Shown here: piece after piece, positions 22,886 to 34,365 of the stretch
Numbering within the stretch: the stretch's first letter is position 1
How the letters are laid out: each line of letters begins with the position of its first letter
Source: Trichoplax adhaerens
Taxonomy: Eukaryota > Animalia > Placozoa
NCBI RefSeq assembly: GCF_000150275.1
Contig: NW_002060946.1
Coordinates: 615,562-679,561, forward strand
Length of the DNA: 64,000 nucleotides
Direction of reading: 5' to 3'
The notes under the pieces: model-generated
Told to the model about the DNA's origin: nothing
The model's database searches: none
What the model saw: the letters and a program-made list of their open reading frames with translations, nothing else
Position numbers and translations under genes: made by a program

Positions 22886-24492
22886 CTCTTTTATAAATTA
22901 GAATATTACTCGAAGGATGCTGCTAGTGACCAGAACAATATTTTTAATCCTTTCGATTTACTAGATCTCATTTTTAGACATTATGTCACGGTGAATAAGT
23001 ATTGTTTTTCTGGTAATTTTCATATCAATAATATTCTTACTGTCGCTATATTTCGTTACATTCTTGCTAAATAGTTACACAACGAAAACCTGCAACCCAA
23101 TGTTAAGGGTTGTTCGATCACCCTACTTTAGACTTGGCGCATATTTCAGTTCTACGTTATCAATAAGCCCGATTTGTAATGGTTTTATAATATTAAAAAT
23201 AGCTAGAATTATCGCTAATCATTCCATTGTCTATCCATCAAATTTTAGTAAGCAATGTCTAGTACGGAATTTGCTTTAGCTGTTTTATGAGTTTGAATAA
23301 AGTAAGTTAAAACATCAGAAGCTGCACATTACTAGACTAAACCAAGATAGAAAGTACTGCATATCCAAAAATTATAATCAACTACTAATCACTTTTAAAG
23401 TACAATCGGAGAATGTTACTGATAAAATTATGGATGATGTTTTACATTAGTAACAAGATGACTTTTTAAACAACTTTAAACGGTCAATCAGTTATCGTAT
23501 TCGCGTTCATGAATGTCCATTGTTTGGAGGGTCGTTGTAATAAAATTCAAATCCAAAGAAAACATCAGTGGATAGTAAAGGCTGTATTATAATTTATTGG
23601 GAGTCTAATATTAACGGAGGATAAGAGCTAACTATTAACAGAAAGATAATACTTTATGTACTACTGGCAAACATCATCTGCCATCTTATAAGTTTCTTAT
23701 AGCTTCCTAATTAATACTGTATAAGCTTCCACTAACACCATAGTGCCATATATTATCGTCTATCTTTCCAAATACGGCATAGATTAACAACTGATTACAT
23801 TGTTTGCATACTTTTAGTCGACAATACTATTATGATCATCATAATAGATAAGATATCTCTACTAATTTAGGATCTATATCAACGTCAACAGCTATTTAAG
23901 TTAGTTAATCTTGCTAACGTTACACTCGTAAACACTCACTTCATAAATACCAAATCATTTCATCGTAGATTATTCCCGATCTCGAAGGAATACTAACAAT
24001 CTTGCAATAGTCTGTAAACTGAATAAGTGCTGTATGTCTCAATTAGCCACATTTAGCCAACTAGGATCACATCATATATGCTTAATTGCCAGAATTATTA
24101 GATCAATTTTATTACTTCAGTCGCTACTAAGCCAATCTTGGAACCCTATACATGACAGAAATACTGAATGGTTTGAATATGAATTTATATCAGTAACGAA
24201 ATTTTGGCATATAGTCTGATGATCCTTGCTCAAGTAACAGTTACAGTAAACTACAGCAATCTCACATCCCTTATACATGAAATTTCCAATTCATTGCACA
24301 ATCTTTGTTAAGCAATTACGGTTTATAATTACCATAAAATTGATTTGAAATTATGTCTATACTGTATTATGATTACCCGTCCAATAGAGTTATAATAATA
24401 GCTTAGGCCACTTTAAGAATATTGTGAAACAGATGGATAGTTTAGCGACAACTTTACGTAGCAATTTTGCTAATGAATATCTACTTTGCTTC

Positions 24493-27135
24493 TTAATCTG
24501 ATACTTCCTTTTCAATCTTTTCAAATGCAAGAGCAACCTTGCGAGCAGTTGGCGTTAACGATACTGCTTCCATATTTACTAAAATTGCAACAACAATTCC
24601 TTGGGGGGCTGGCTCATTAACATTTACTTCCTTCGGTTGTAATATTACCAAAGTACTGCTACAACCAACAGCTCCACCAGAATGGCCAACCCATGGAAGC
24701 TCTTCATGTCCATAACCGACCCAAATCTTATTATCTGCAACAGTCCAACCTAAGCCATAACCAGTGCTGAAACCAACTTTTTCAAGCGTTGCTGAGGCAG
24801 GCGTCCACATAGCTTTCACCGTATCCGAATTTAAATATCCTTTCGGTATGGAACGCTTAGTTATATCTTGACTGTCATAGTTAGATTCATTTATAGCATG
24901 TGCTATGGTTGAATATTGTCGACTATACAACATGACGTTACCAAATTTGACTAAATCGGCTACATTAGAAACTAAGCCACCACCAGCCCATTTATATGAA
25001 ATGTCAACGTACGGAGCATTTCTCAACTTGCCCTTTTTATTTCTCCTATAATACCTATGAAGATAGTAGAAGGACGTAGAAAATATCAAAATTTCAATTT
25101 TACTACTATTTCATATACCGAAAATAATAGAGATATCAAAGATGAATACCTAGCTCTATTATAAATTAATGTTTCATGAAATTCTGGCTGGGTGTTAGTC
25201 ATTCCTAGTTGCTTGAATAACGTTCCCATTAACTTTAAAAGTTTTTCTTCAGTAGCTCCTTCAATAACCCCACTTAACAAGGTCCAGCCATGAGTAGTAT
25301 AGTGATATTCAGTACCTGGTTTAACAACTAAAGGATCATCTTTGAATAATTTTAAAGCCTCGGTAACAGAATTAAATCGATCTTTGAGAAGGAACTCTTT
25401 ATAGTTTACTTTCAGTGTTACTCCATTCTTTAATTTTTCAATTTTATTTTCATCAGTATTCTTGTCTTTTTCATTTTTATCTGAAATATAGTGGATCTTA
25501 ACATCAATGTCACTATTAATTTATAATATATAGCCACCTCTAGCGAAATCCTAAGATAGTTAATAGTTATAAATTCGTAGTTTATTTCATACATCCTAGT
25601 ATGATTTTATGCAAAAGAGAATCAATACATAATTTGACTAGCATATTATAGATATGATTTAAATGGATAAATACCGGTGCTATCTGTGATCACTTTCTCG
25701 TATGCACGAATTCCTCCAAGATGAGATAATAGCATTCTAGTAGTTATTTCAACAGGTTGACTATCGAAAGTTTTATCTGGAAAGTCCTTAACATATTTAC
25801 TAATTGGCGCGTCTAGATCTAGCTTTCCGTCTTCCCATAATTTTGCAATGATTGCTGCACTAAAAGATATAAAAAATTTAATAATATCAGTGAGTACTTA
25901 TGATTTAATGAAAATTTAAATCATCAATAAGTATTTTTATTTAGAGATTCATTGGTGAGATTGCTGACACAGAAGAGCGTAGACAGACGCTAGCGATAGG
26001 ATTTATACGATGTGTATGAGTAGGTTAGTTCATTTAATTACGATATTGATTGCTTGATTGATACGCAGTAAGACCATTATATTTCTAATTTAGTTTACAT
26101 GTATATACAATAAATGAACAAGGATACTTACTGTGGCTAGTACGAGCTATAATGACAGATTACGATAGTGATGGGATTTTATATACGAAATTGTGGAGGA
26201 ATTCATTCATTACAATAACGATTGATTAGCATACAAAAAAAACTACTGTAATTATAAATATAATCTGTACCATAGATGAAATAAAGTTGTCCATCGAGGG
26301 TTCTAAAGTATAATGATGTTACTCGACCGTACAGAAATAAGTCATTTATTTACTGTGGTATTGCTTGAATGGTACTTAATTAAGCAGTTTTAGCTTCTTG
26401 ATACTACTACATAGGTCTAAATCCATTCATCACTGATAGATCCCAAATTCATCTTCTGTTCAGCAGTGTGAAATTTTAATGCTATTCCTTGAACTAAGCA
26501 TCCAACAATGACAAGAATAGATGCAATTTTCTAAAATCGTGCTTATAGATCAGGTCTATAGTTGCACACTATACCTTAAGTGATTGCAACTTTGACAGAA
26601 AATCATTTACTTCATTACAGTACTATAACTTGCTTTACCTAATTGGCTTGCTAATACTGGCGATCCTCATGACAGTTTGAGGAGTACAAGGAACCGCATT
26701 TTCAATATCGCTAACACCAAAGCCTTCACTCCACATCATTTTGCCGTTGCAACTGACTGCAATGGAAATACCAGGTGAACCACTTTCTTCTTTAATTTGT
26801 GATATTAATTGTCTCGATTGATCAATAGCTATCTTTAATCGACGATTATAATGATCATGGTTGGATTTTACAGCTATACCATCTGATGGCCTATTTATAT
26901 TGTTATGCTTATGATCATTTTGACTTCTGTCCTCTTGCTTCTCCTGTCTAGCAATATAACTGACTCCTGCCATACCGACGCCAGCTAAAGTAAACGTTAC
27001 TAGCCAATTTCTTCTATCTTTGCTCTTAGCTGAAGACGATGTTGGATCCAGACTTTTATAACGCTTGCCAATCGTCATGGCTGAACGCATACGATTATAA
27101 GAGAGGAATCGAGTTGATGGGATGATACGATTCAT
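24493..27135 (-). CDS. LACTB: Serine beta-lactamase-like protein LACTB, mitochondrial; 4 exons
   Basis: Exons ~27135-26638, ~25860-25675, ~25482-25150 and ~25054-24493. An Arg/Ser-rich presequence is followed by a hydrophobic segment. Motifs: RIASISK (SxxK), LLSHLGGIR, YHYTTHGWTLLS, YKWAGGGLVS, HSGGAVGCSS. Confidence 0.93.
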
Positions 27136-27584
27136 TTCTAGATCTCAAGGAAGATGAGTGATGAAGAAAATATCATTTCATAGTCGACAGCTAAAAAGTG
27201 ATATTATTATTATTATTATTCTCTACTTTGATGGAATATACTCGTATGAATCAATCGATTAATTTATGATCAATAGTATGAGGGTATGATGTAGCAGTAT
27301 GCAATCAATGCAATAATAGATTGATGTAATATTTCGATTGAAATAGATAGTTAATGACTAGTGGTTTAATCTTTTCAAATAATTTCAGTTTTGCAAATGG
27401 ACTAGTAAGATTTGATGGCGAGCATATAACTATCAAACTGGCCGATATGGTCCTGGACGACAAAGAAAGACAGACAGACGATGGTCGTATCGTATGGAAA
27501 AATAGCAAGATCGACTCTTCTCTTGGCCCTTTCGTCTAACTTTGGTCGGCCAAATGAGCTATATGAGTAGCTGGCAGGCTTATT

Positions 27585-28003
27585 TTGTACAGAAAAATCT
27601 ACCATTTCAGTGGTAGAGGTTGGTTTAACTTTTACAAGACTCTAGGTAGAGTCTGAATGACAAGAAAATTGCTAAGCCTTGATATTGTTTGTACTAAATG
27701 GCTACTGTAGAACTTTCTCTTTCTTTTCAAATGAAAGATACCCCCATGCAGCATAAACTCGTAATAGAGCGCTTGTTCTACTACAATAATGTATAGGATA
27801 ATCTACTGTTTCAATGGTAGAGCAGGGTTTACTTTTATGATTAGAAGTCACAGAGTAGCATCTGAGTGACAAGAAAAAATGCCAAGCCTTGACGTTGTTT
27901 TGCACTAAATGGCTACTGCAGAATTCTCTCTCTCTCTTTCTTTTCCAATGAAAGATATGCCCATCAAACAAGAAGTAGTCATAGAGCGCTTGTTCTGCTA
28001 CAA
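27585..28003. repeat. Two-copy direct tandem duplication, period about 204-217 bp
   Basis: 27585-27786 aligns with 27790-28003, e.g. GACAAGAAAA..GCCTTGA..TTGTTT..ACTAAATGGCTACTG.AGAA..TCTTTT..AATGAAAGATA..ATAGAGCGCTTGTTCT.CTACAA. Confidence 0.9.
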
Positions 28004-28149
28004 GGCTAAGCCATGTCTATCATCGTTAACCCTCGATTTCGATTTTACTCATGCAAATATCCACAATCTAGCGTCATCAAAATACTTCGAGAGAACTCCA
28101 TGCCTGGAGGATAGACGATAGCCTTCCTGTGCACAGTTTTTTGTATACT

Positions 28150-28334
28150 GAAAGCATTATCCTTACTCAACTAAGCGCTAGAGGAATACCATTCAGTATA
28201 GAATCGCCGATGCTTCAAATTACGAGGCCACCCTACCGACGCTAGACAGCAATAGTAATGATAGAGTACAGTATAGGAAAAACATCATTGCTACTCAAGT
28301 AAACGCTTGTGGAATACCATCCAGTATAGGATCT
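28150..28334. repeat. Short degenerate direct repeat (about 55 bp x 2)
   Basis: GAAAGCATTATCCTTACTCAACTAAGCGCTAGAGGAATACCATTCAGTATAGAATC (~28150) versus GAAAACATCATTGCTACTCAAGTAAACGCTTGTGGAATACCATCCAGTATAGGATC (~28277). Confidence 0.8.
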
Positions 28335-28687
28335 GGGATCGGCTGTGCTTCCATACTAGCCCAGCATAGACCAATCAGCTTCATCATCACCTACCCAAAT
28401 TAGTCTCTAAATCTATACTAGAACTGTATAAAGTGGCTCCACATCGGTTGGTATCAACTCAACATCGAGGTCAGAGGGCATAAAAGCCTTTACCGAGCTC
28501 GGACATGATCGTTTTCGACCTGTGCAACAAGGTAACAATGGACTAATTGCATTTATTTACATAAAATTATCATATTCTACATCGATTTGGCTTGGAAAAA
28601 CATTGCCAATACTCTTTCTCTAGTCTCAACTACGTCCAATTCACGTGTTTTATACATTTATCCTATAATTACAACCTGCAAAATGAG

Positions 28688-31600
28688 ATGCGAGTAAAGA
28701 AATCAGCCATGCGTTATTTCGGCATTTGGCTCGCTGCTGGCATCCTGCTAGTATACGTATTCGATCGACAACCCAATCAAGAAATCCTACAACAGAAAGA
28801 CGCTGTCTTAAAAGTGCAACATGGAAAAACATTTACCTTGTTGGATAAACCAATTCATATTAGGAGCGGAGCGATCCACTATTTTCGGGTCGTCCCAGAA
28901 TATTGGCGTGACCGTTTACTAAAGATGAAGGCTTTTGGCTTAAATACTGTGGAAACGTAAGTACAATACCATGAGTTGGATAGGCTTAACTATACTTCAT
29001 TATTTTTACCAAGGGTAGAGTGTATCTATTAGCTACTCTAGTATCGATTTGCATAACATGGATCGATCCAGGATTGATCTTTCCATAGATATCCTCCATT
29101 AAATGGTACGGATCTGCGCTGTTATCGACAGTCCGTAAAGTATACTACAGTATAATAGTAGTAGCTACCACTGCCAGTACTACATCAGATAGTTGCTAGA
29201 CGATGACAGGAAGTACCATCGTTACGACATATCGATGGTAGAAACAACAATCTTATACTTTTCCATTTGCAATACTATACTCGTATTTCGTCATCGATCA
29301 GTTGATTAACCCTCTTTTTGCTCCCTTGGACTCATTTAGTTATGTACCATGGAATTTACATGAACCGGTACCAGGTCAATTTGATTATACAGGGATACTA
29401 AATGTCAGGTAAGAAAAACATCCATACTGTATGCGGCACACACCTTTTGCTGACATTGTGATATCAACTATTATGAAACTACTTGAATAATCTCATACTT
29501 AATAACCTTAATTATACCTAATAATCGGTTAGAAAATTCATCTTGCTTGCACAAGAGCTCGGTTTTTACGTTATCCTCAGGCCTGGACCTTATATTTGTG
29601 CCGAATGGGAGTTTGGTGGCATGCCAAGGTGATCATTTTATAAACTTCTACTTATAATTATTATATTGGATAGTAGACGCTTGCATAAGTCATAGAATTA
29701 TTGGCTTTACTTTATAATAACATAATATCAAAATTAGCCAATTTTTACAGTATAAGCAGGCCATATTCTGTATGACACTTTGAATGTGTATTTCATTGTA
29801 TGAATCTGATAGCTGGTTACTAAGTGATAAGAATATGCAAGTTCGGTCAACTTATAAGCCTTTCAAAGATGCCGTTAACCGATTTTTCGACGGCTTCATT
29901 CCAGAGATTAAATCTCTTCAGGTTCGTCAATTATGTTATGGATATACGATTATACTTACATTACTAATCATGCTGCAGGCTATAACGAATATATTTCCAA
30001 TACTTATATATTATAAATAAGATAGTTTTAGCACCCTTACAGTCATCTATATCATTTCTGTACACGTTGACGTTAAGTGCTGACATTTAATAAATACGTA
30101 ATGCAAATCACAATATCTAGGCATCCAAAGGGGGGCCCATCATCGCAGTCCAAGTTGAAAATGAATATGGTAGCTATGGAAGCGACGAAGAATACATGCA
30201 ATTTATACGTGATGTATGATATTACAGTATTCTTGATTTTGGTATTCGTATACTACACAGTAGAATGCACTTTAAGTGTTCAGCATTATGCGAACTGACT
30301 ATTTTTTCACCAACCAGGCCCTTATCAATCGCGGAATCGTTGAACTACTGGTAACTAGTGACAACTCGGAAGGAATAAAACATGGTGGTGCACCCGGAGG
30401 TAATAATTCAGTGATTTAACAATTGCATATTAAATTTAAGTTATTGCCTAACTGACGGTTTTTTTTCGTAATATAAGTGCTGAAAACATATAATTTCCAA
30501 GGCCATGCAAAATCTCATCTTTCCATTTTAGAAAGATTGCAGGTGTGATTTTATATAATATAGCTCTTTGTTGTATCCTTGTATACTTTATGAATAGATT
30601 TTTCTATTAAGTATGTATTTTCATCAATGTTACTAATGATTAACATGAAGACACACTTTAACGACTTATATTAGGATGCGCCTAGTATTGTAATGGAATT
30701 CTGGAGTGGTTGGTTTGATCATTGGGGTGAAAAAAACCATCAAGTGCATACTATTGCTCATGTTACAAATACATTTAAAGATATATTAGACTGTGATGCA
30801 TCTTTCAACTTTTATGTATTTCATGGTAGGTAGTGTAATTATCTCTCATCACTGATTTCGTACGTTTTACTTCGTATGTAGTTTAAGTTACAGTTATAAT
30901 CAACATAAAATAACATTGAAATGCTGGACCTGCAGGCGGTACGAATTTTGGCTTTATGAACGGGGCCAATTTTATCGATTTTTTCTCTTACTATCTACCA
31001 ACTGTTACGAGTTATGGTAAATAAAGCATTGTATTTCTGTAATCATCTTGAACGCAGTGATAGGGTTAATATGACTCTTACGTCTACATATTATTAGACT
31101 ATGATGCACCGTTATCCGAAGCAGGTGATATAACTGAAAAGTATATGGAATTACGAAAAATTATGATTGACAAAGTTTTAACTGAAGCAGGTAGGCATGT
31201 AACTTAATAAATGACTTTACCCTATCCCAATACTTCACTGCCACTTATTGATTGTAAATAGAATTATCATAGCTGTCGATGTAAAAGTCATCATACCTTC
31301 AAGTTATCATAGTTTACAAGAAATAACTCAAGTGTTCGAATAATAAGTTATTTATCACAACATCAGTCATATAATCAGAGATTTTTAATTAAAATTTTTA
31401 CAATGAAGCATTAAGAATTAATTGTAGCAATAAATGTAGGTTAATTAATCTTAATTTTTTTTCTGGTCGTTTATTTGCTATTACAGAAATTAAAAAGTTA
31501 CCTGAGATACCACCTTCCAGTAAAAAATTTCACTACGGTTAGTTGATGCTGTGAAAATAATTGTTGATATTTTTAATAAACTTATTTCAGATAAATAATT

Positions 31601-33029
31601 CTTCCTTGCTTTTCCGTTCTAGGGAATATCAAAATGGATTCCTCAATCGCTTTACTAGATACTCTACCTTACCTTGATGTACGTAATGATGATAACGTAT
31701 AAAAAATTTCTAAAAATGTAGGAAGTAATGCAAAGTGTGATCAATGCTGACAGAAATATGTTTTAGAAGCCTGTTACACTCTCAAAAGTTGTTCCAATGG
31801 AATTTCTTCCCATTCGTAATGGTACTGGTCAAAGCTATGGTTATATCTTATATAGGCATAAACTAGCCAAACCAATAAGTAATCTTCGAATTGAGGGAAT
31901 CCGCGACTTTGCTATCGTAAGTTGGAATACTATATACTAAAATAAACATTTTTGTACAATTTTAATACTTAAAGATCTATTATAATTCAATAATATTCTC
32001 TTCTAGTTACTTATTGATGGACAATTCATTCAGTCCTTCATGAGAAATGATGCAGATAGCTATCACTATATTCAATTTTCAAAAAGGGTAAAAATTGCTT
32101 AGTACAATACTGTAAAATAATAATTTTCCAGACGAATAATAAATGATTAATAAAATCTCTCTTGTTATTAATCTAATTTAAGCCTCAAAAAGGAGCAATT
32201 GTAGATATTTTAGTTGAAAATTGCGGACGTGTAAACTTCGGCAGTATATTAAATACTGAAAGAAAGGGTATTCTTGGTAGTGTTTACGCTAATATGAAGG
32301 AATTAAAAGGATGGACAATATTTTCTCTAGATTTCGATACTGCATATGTTAATAAGTACGTCTAGCTGCTTTTCGTTCCGATTTACGTTAAGAAACAATT
32401 GAATTGAAAGTGTGTTATAAAAATTTAAATGCCACATATTAAATGATATTCTCTGCAGAGTTCGCAATACACTAAAAGGCGGAAAGACTCAAAGCAATAG
32501 AAGCTTCGTACCATCCATTTATAGAGGAGAACTAGAGATATCTGATAACCCTTATGATTCTTTTCTTACTCTAGAGGTTAATCAATTTAATTATTATAAG
32601 AGCATAAATATTAAATGTCTACACTATAAATTAAGATATAATAACCATCAGCTATTAAATATGTACATACTTAGGGTTGGGGAAAAGGAATATGTTTCAT
32701 TAATGGTTTTAATGTTGGTCGCTACTGGAAGATAGGTCCACAACAATCTCTATATATACCCGCACCATTACTAAAAAAAGGCAAAAATGAGGTACTTGCT
32801 ATTAGCGAAATGGATAACCAATTCTTCTTAATACTTTTATCGTGGCGTTAACAAATAGCTATGTCATATTTAGATAATCATTTTCGAACAACTTCACCCT
32901 GCCACATCATCTGAAATCACTTTCAACGACAAACCCTCCCTTGGCGAAGAATCTCCCTTTTTCATGGTAAATTTTGTATGGGTCGCACAGCTATTAGCGT
33001 CGTTTTGGTATTTAATTTTGATGCCATAG
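28688..33029 (+). CDS. Beta-galactosidase, glycoside hydrolase family 35 (GLB1-like 2/3 type); multi-exon
   Basis: N-terminal hydrophobic segment [16 protein letters not shown]. Motifs: [31 protein letters not shown]|[41 protein letters not shown] (acid/base Glu), [12 protein letters not shown] (nucleophile), [58 protein letters not shown]. Stop TAG at 33027-33029. Confidence 0.92.
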
Positions 33030-34365
33030 TTATGATGGCAAACATAAAGTAAGTTCGATAAATTCAGAAATATTGGAAGGAGACTCTGGAAATAGATTCA
33101 TAGATGTCGATGTTCAGCTATTCCCCTGAACCCATTATGTATTTGCTATTTGTTAAATGAAACCATGCAGTAATATGATATTAACGACAAATACATTGCT
33201 GAATGTCCTCATTTATATTCATCATCATTATCTGTTTAGTAATACAGTACTTGATTTGTAGAATATTATATACTACTAACTGGAGACAACTAATAAAAAG
33301 AATTTATTCTTCGCAGTTATAAAATTCTTCCGTGTGGCTATAGTTGCAAAGTTACCTGATATTATCATAACATTTGCAAGAAAAATATTTTTGCATAGCT
33401 ATAATGTATACCTATCAATTTTGAGTGGCTAGCATTAGAGACTGCAAAGCTGGTTAATTAGTATAAGTTCAATATATTTCAGCTGAAAACAATTAATTAA
33501 TTAACCTACTGATACCTAATATGGTACAACAGGCATCTAAAGCTAATAGACAATCTCCTTTGTGCCTAAATAGAAACAAAGTCAACTTTTTTCACCCAGA
33601 AATTATTCTGTAACAAACTAATTTCTAGGGTGATCTACAGTAGTTTAAGATACTATTATATAAATCTGTAACAATATGAAACGCCCTCGTATCTTGTGAA
33701 ACATTACTGTTATTAAGCACTGTAAATTTGAAGTATCAGCACCGGGCATGAGCATAATTAATTAATTACAATGTGCACCAGAAAAATAATCGAATAACTT
33801 CCGTTGGCAGTGGTAATATCAGCCTAAAATTACATAATTACGCAGCGTACTAAGTTTTTTATCCTATAGCGTCAAGACTTGAGTTGATGATTGGATTCAA
33901 AATGCTGATATCATCATTTATCAACACTAACTCCATGCATAAAGCAACGTAGTGAATTATTACAAAAATAGGTGGTGATACAAGGACTACTCAAGAAATA
34001 CTTTTTCGATATTATTTCTGAAGGACTATACCCAAATTGATTGTTTCTGCTCTGCTATACAATTAGGTATCAATGCTGCATGATAATCGCGTTTATTTGA
34101 TATCAATTCCATATAAATTTTACCTAAACATTTTCTCGCACATTTTTATTTTAACATCAATTTAGTGAATAGGTAAAGGTACAAATTCTATGTTAATGAA
34201 TTATTATTCTATAATTTCTATGTATCCAGGGAAAATGCTACTTCATAGCAATCAGTATGAGAAAAATTAAAATTACATGAAGACAAAATACTAATCTAGT
34301 CTTCTTTTACTTAAAGATACACGTATATAGGCACTACGATAACCAGATTTTCAATATTATGATGT

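Noticed and set aside
24493-27135. Beta-lactamase-like gene as a possible bacterial HGT or resistance gene
   Set aside because: It has introns, a mitochondrial-type presequence and LACTB-specific motifs. It is a standard metazoan gene.
27354-27539. Short ORF with NGLV..IKLAD..RIVW, faintly like kinase subdomains VIb-VIII
   Set aside because: It lacks DFG, HRD and APE motifs and has no flanking kinase exons. Too short to support without an HMM search.
27653-27680. CTGAATGA-CAA-GAAA and CTGAGTGA-CAA-GAAA in the tandem duplicate, suggesting a minimal hammerhead or retrozyme
   Set aside because: The core has an extra base compared with CUGANGA, and I could not build helices I and III with a UH cleavage site.
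30573-30580. GTATCCTT, a U12-type donor consensus
   Set aside because: It lies inside an intron whose frame-preserving donor is ~30 nt upstream. I identified no U12 or non-GT-AG intron in the genes checked.
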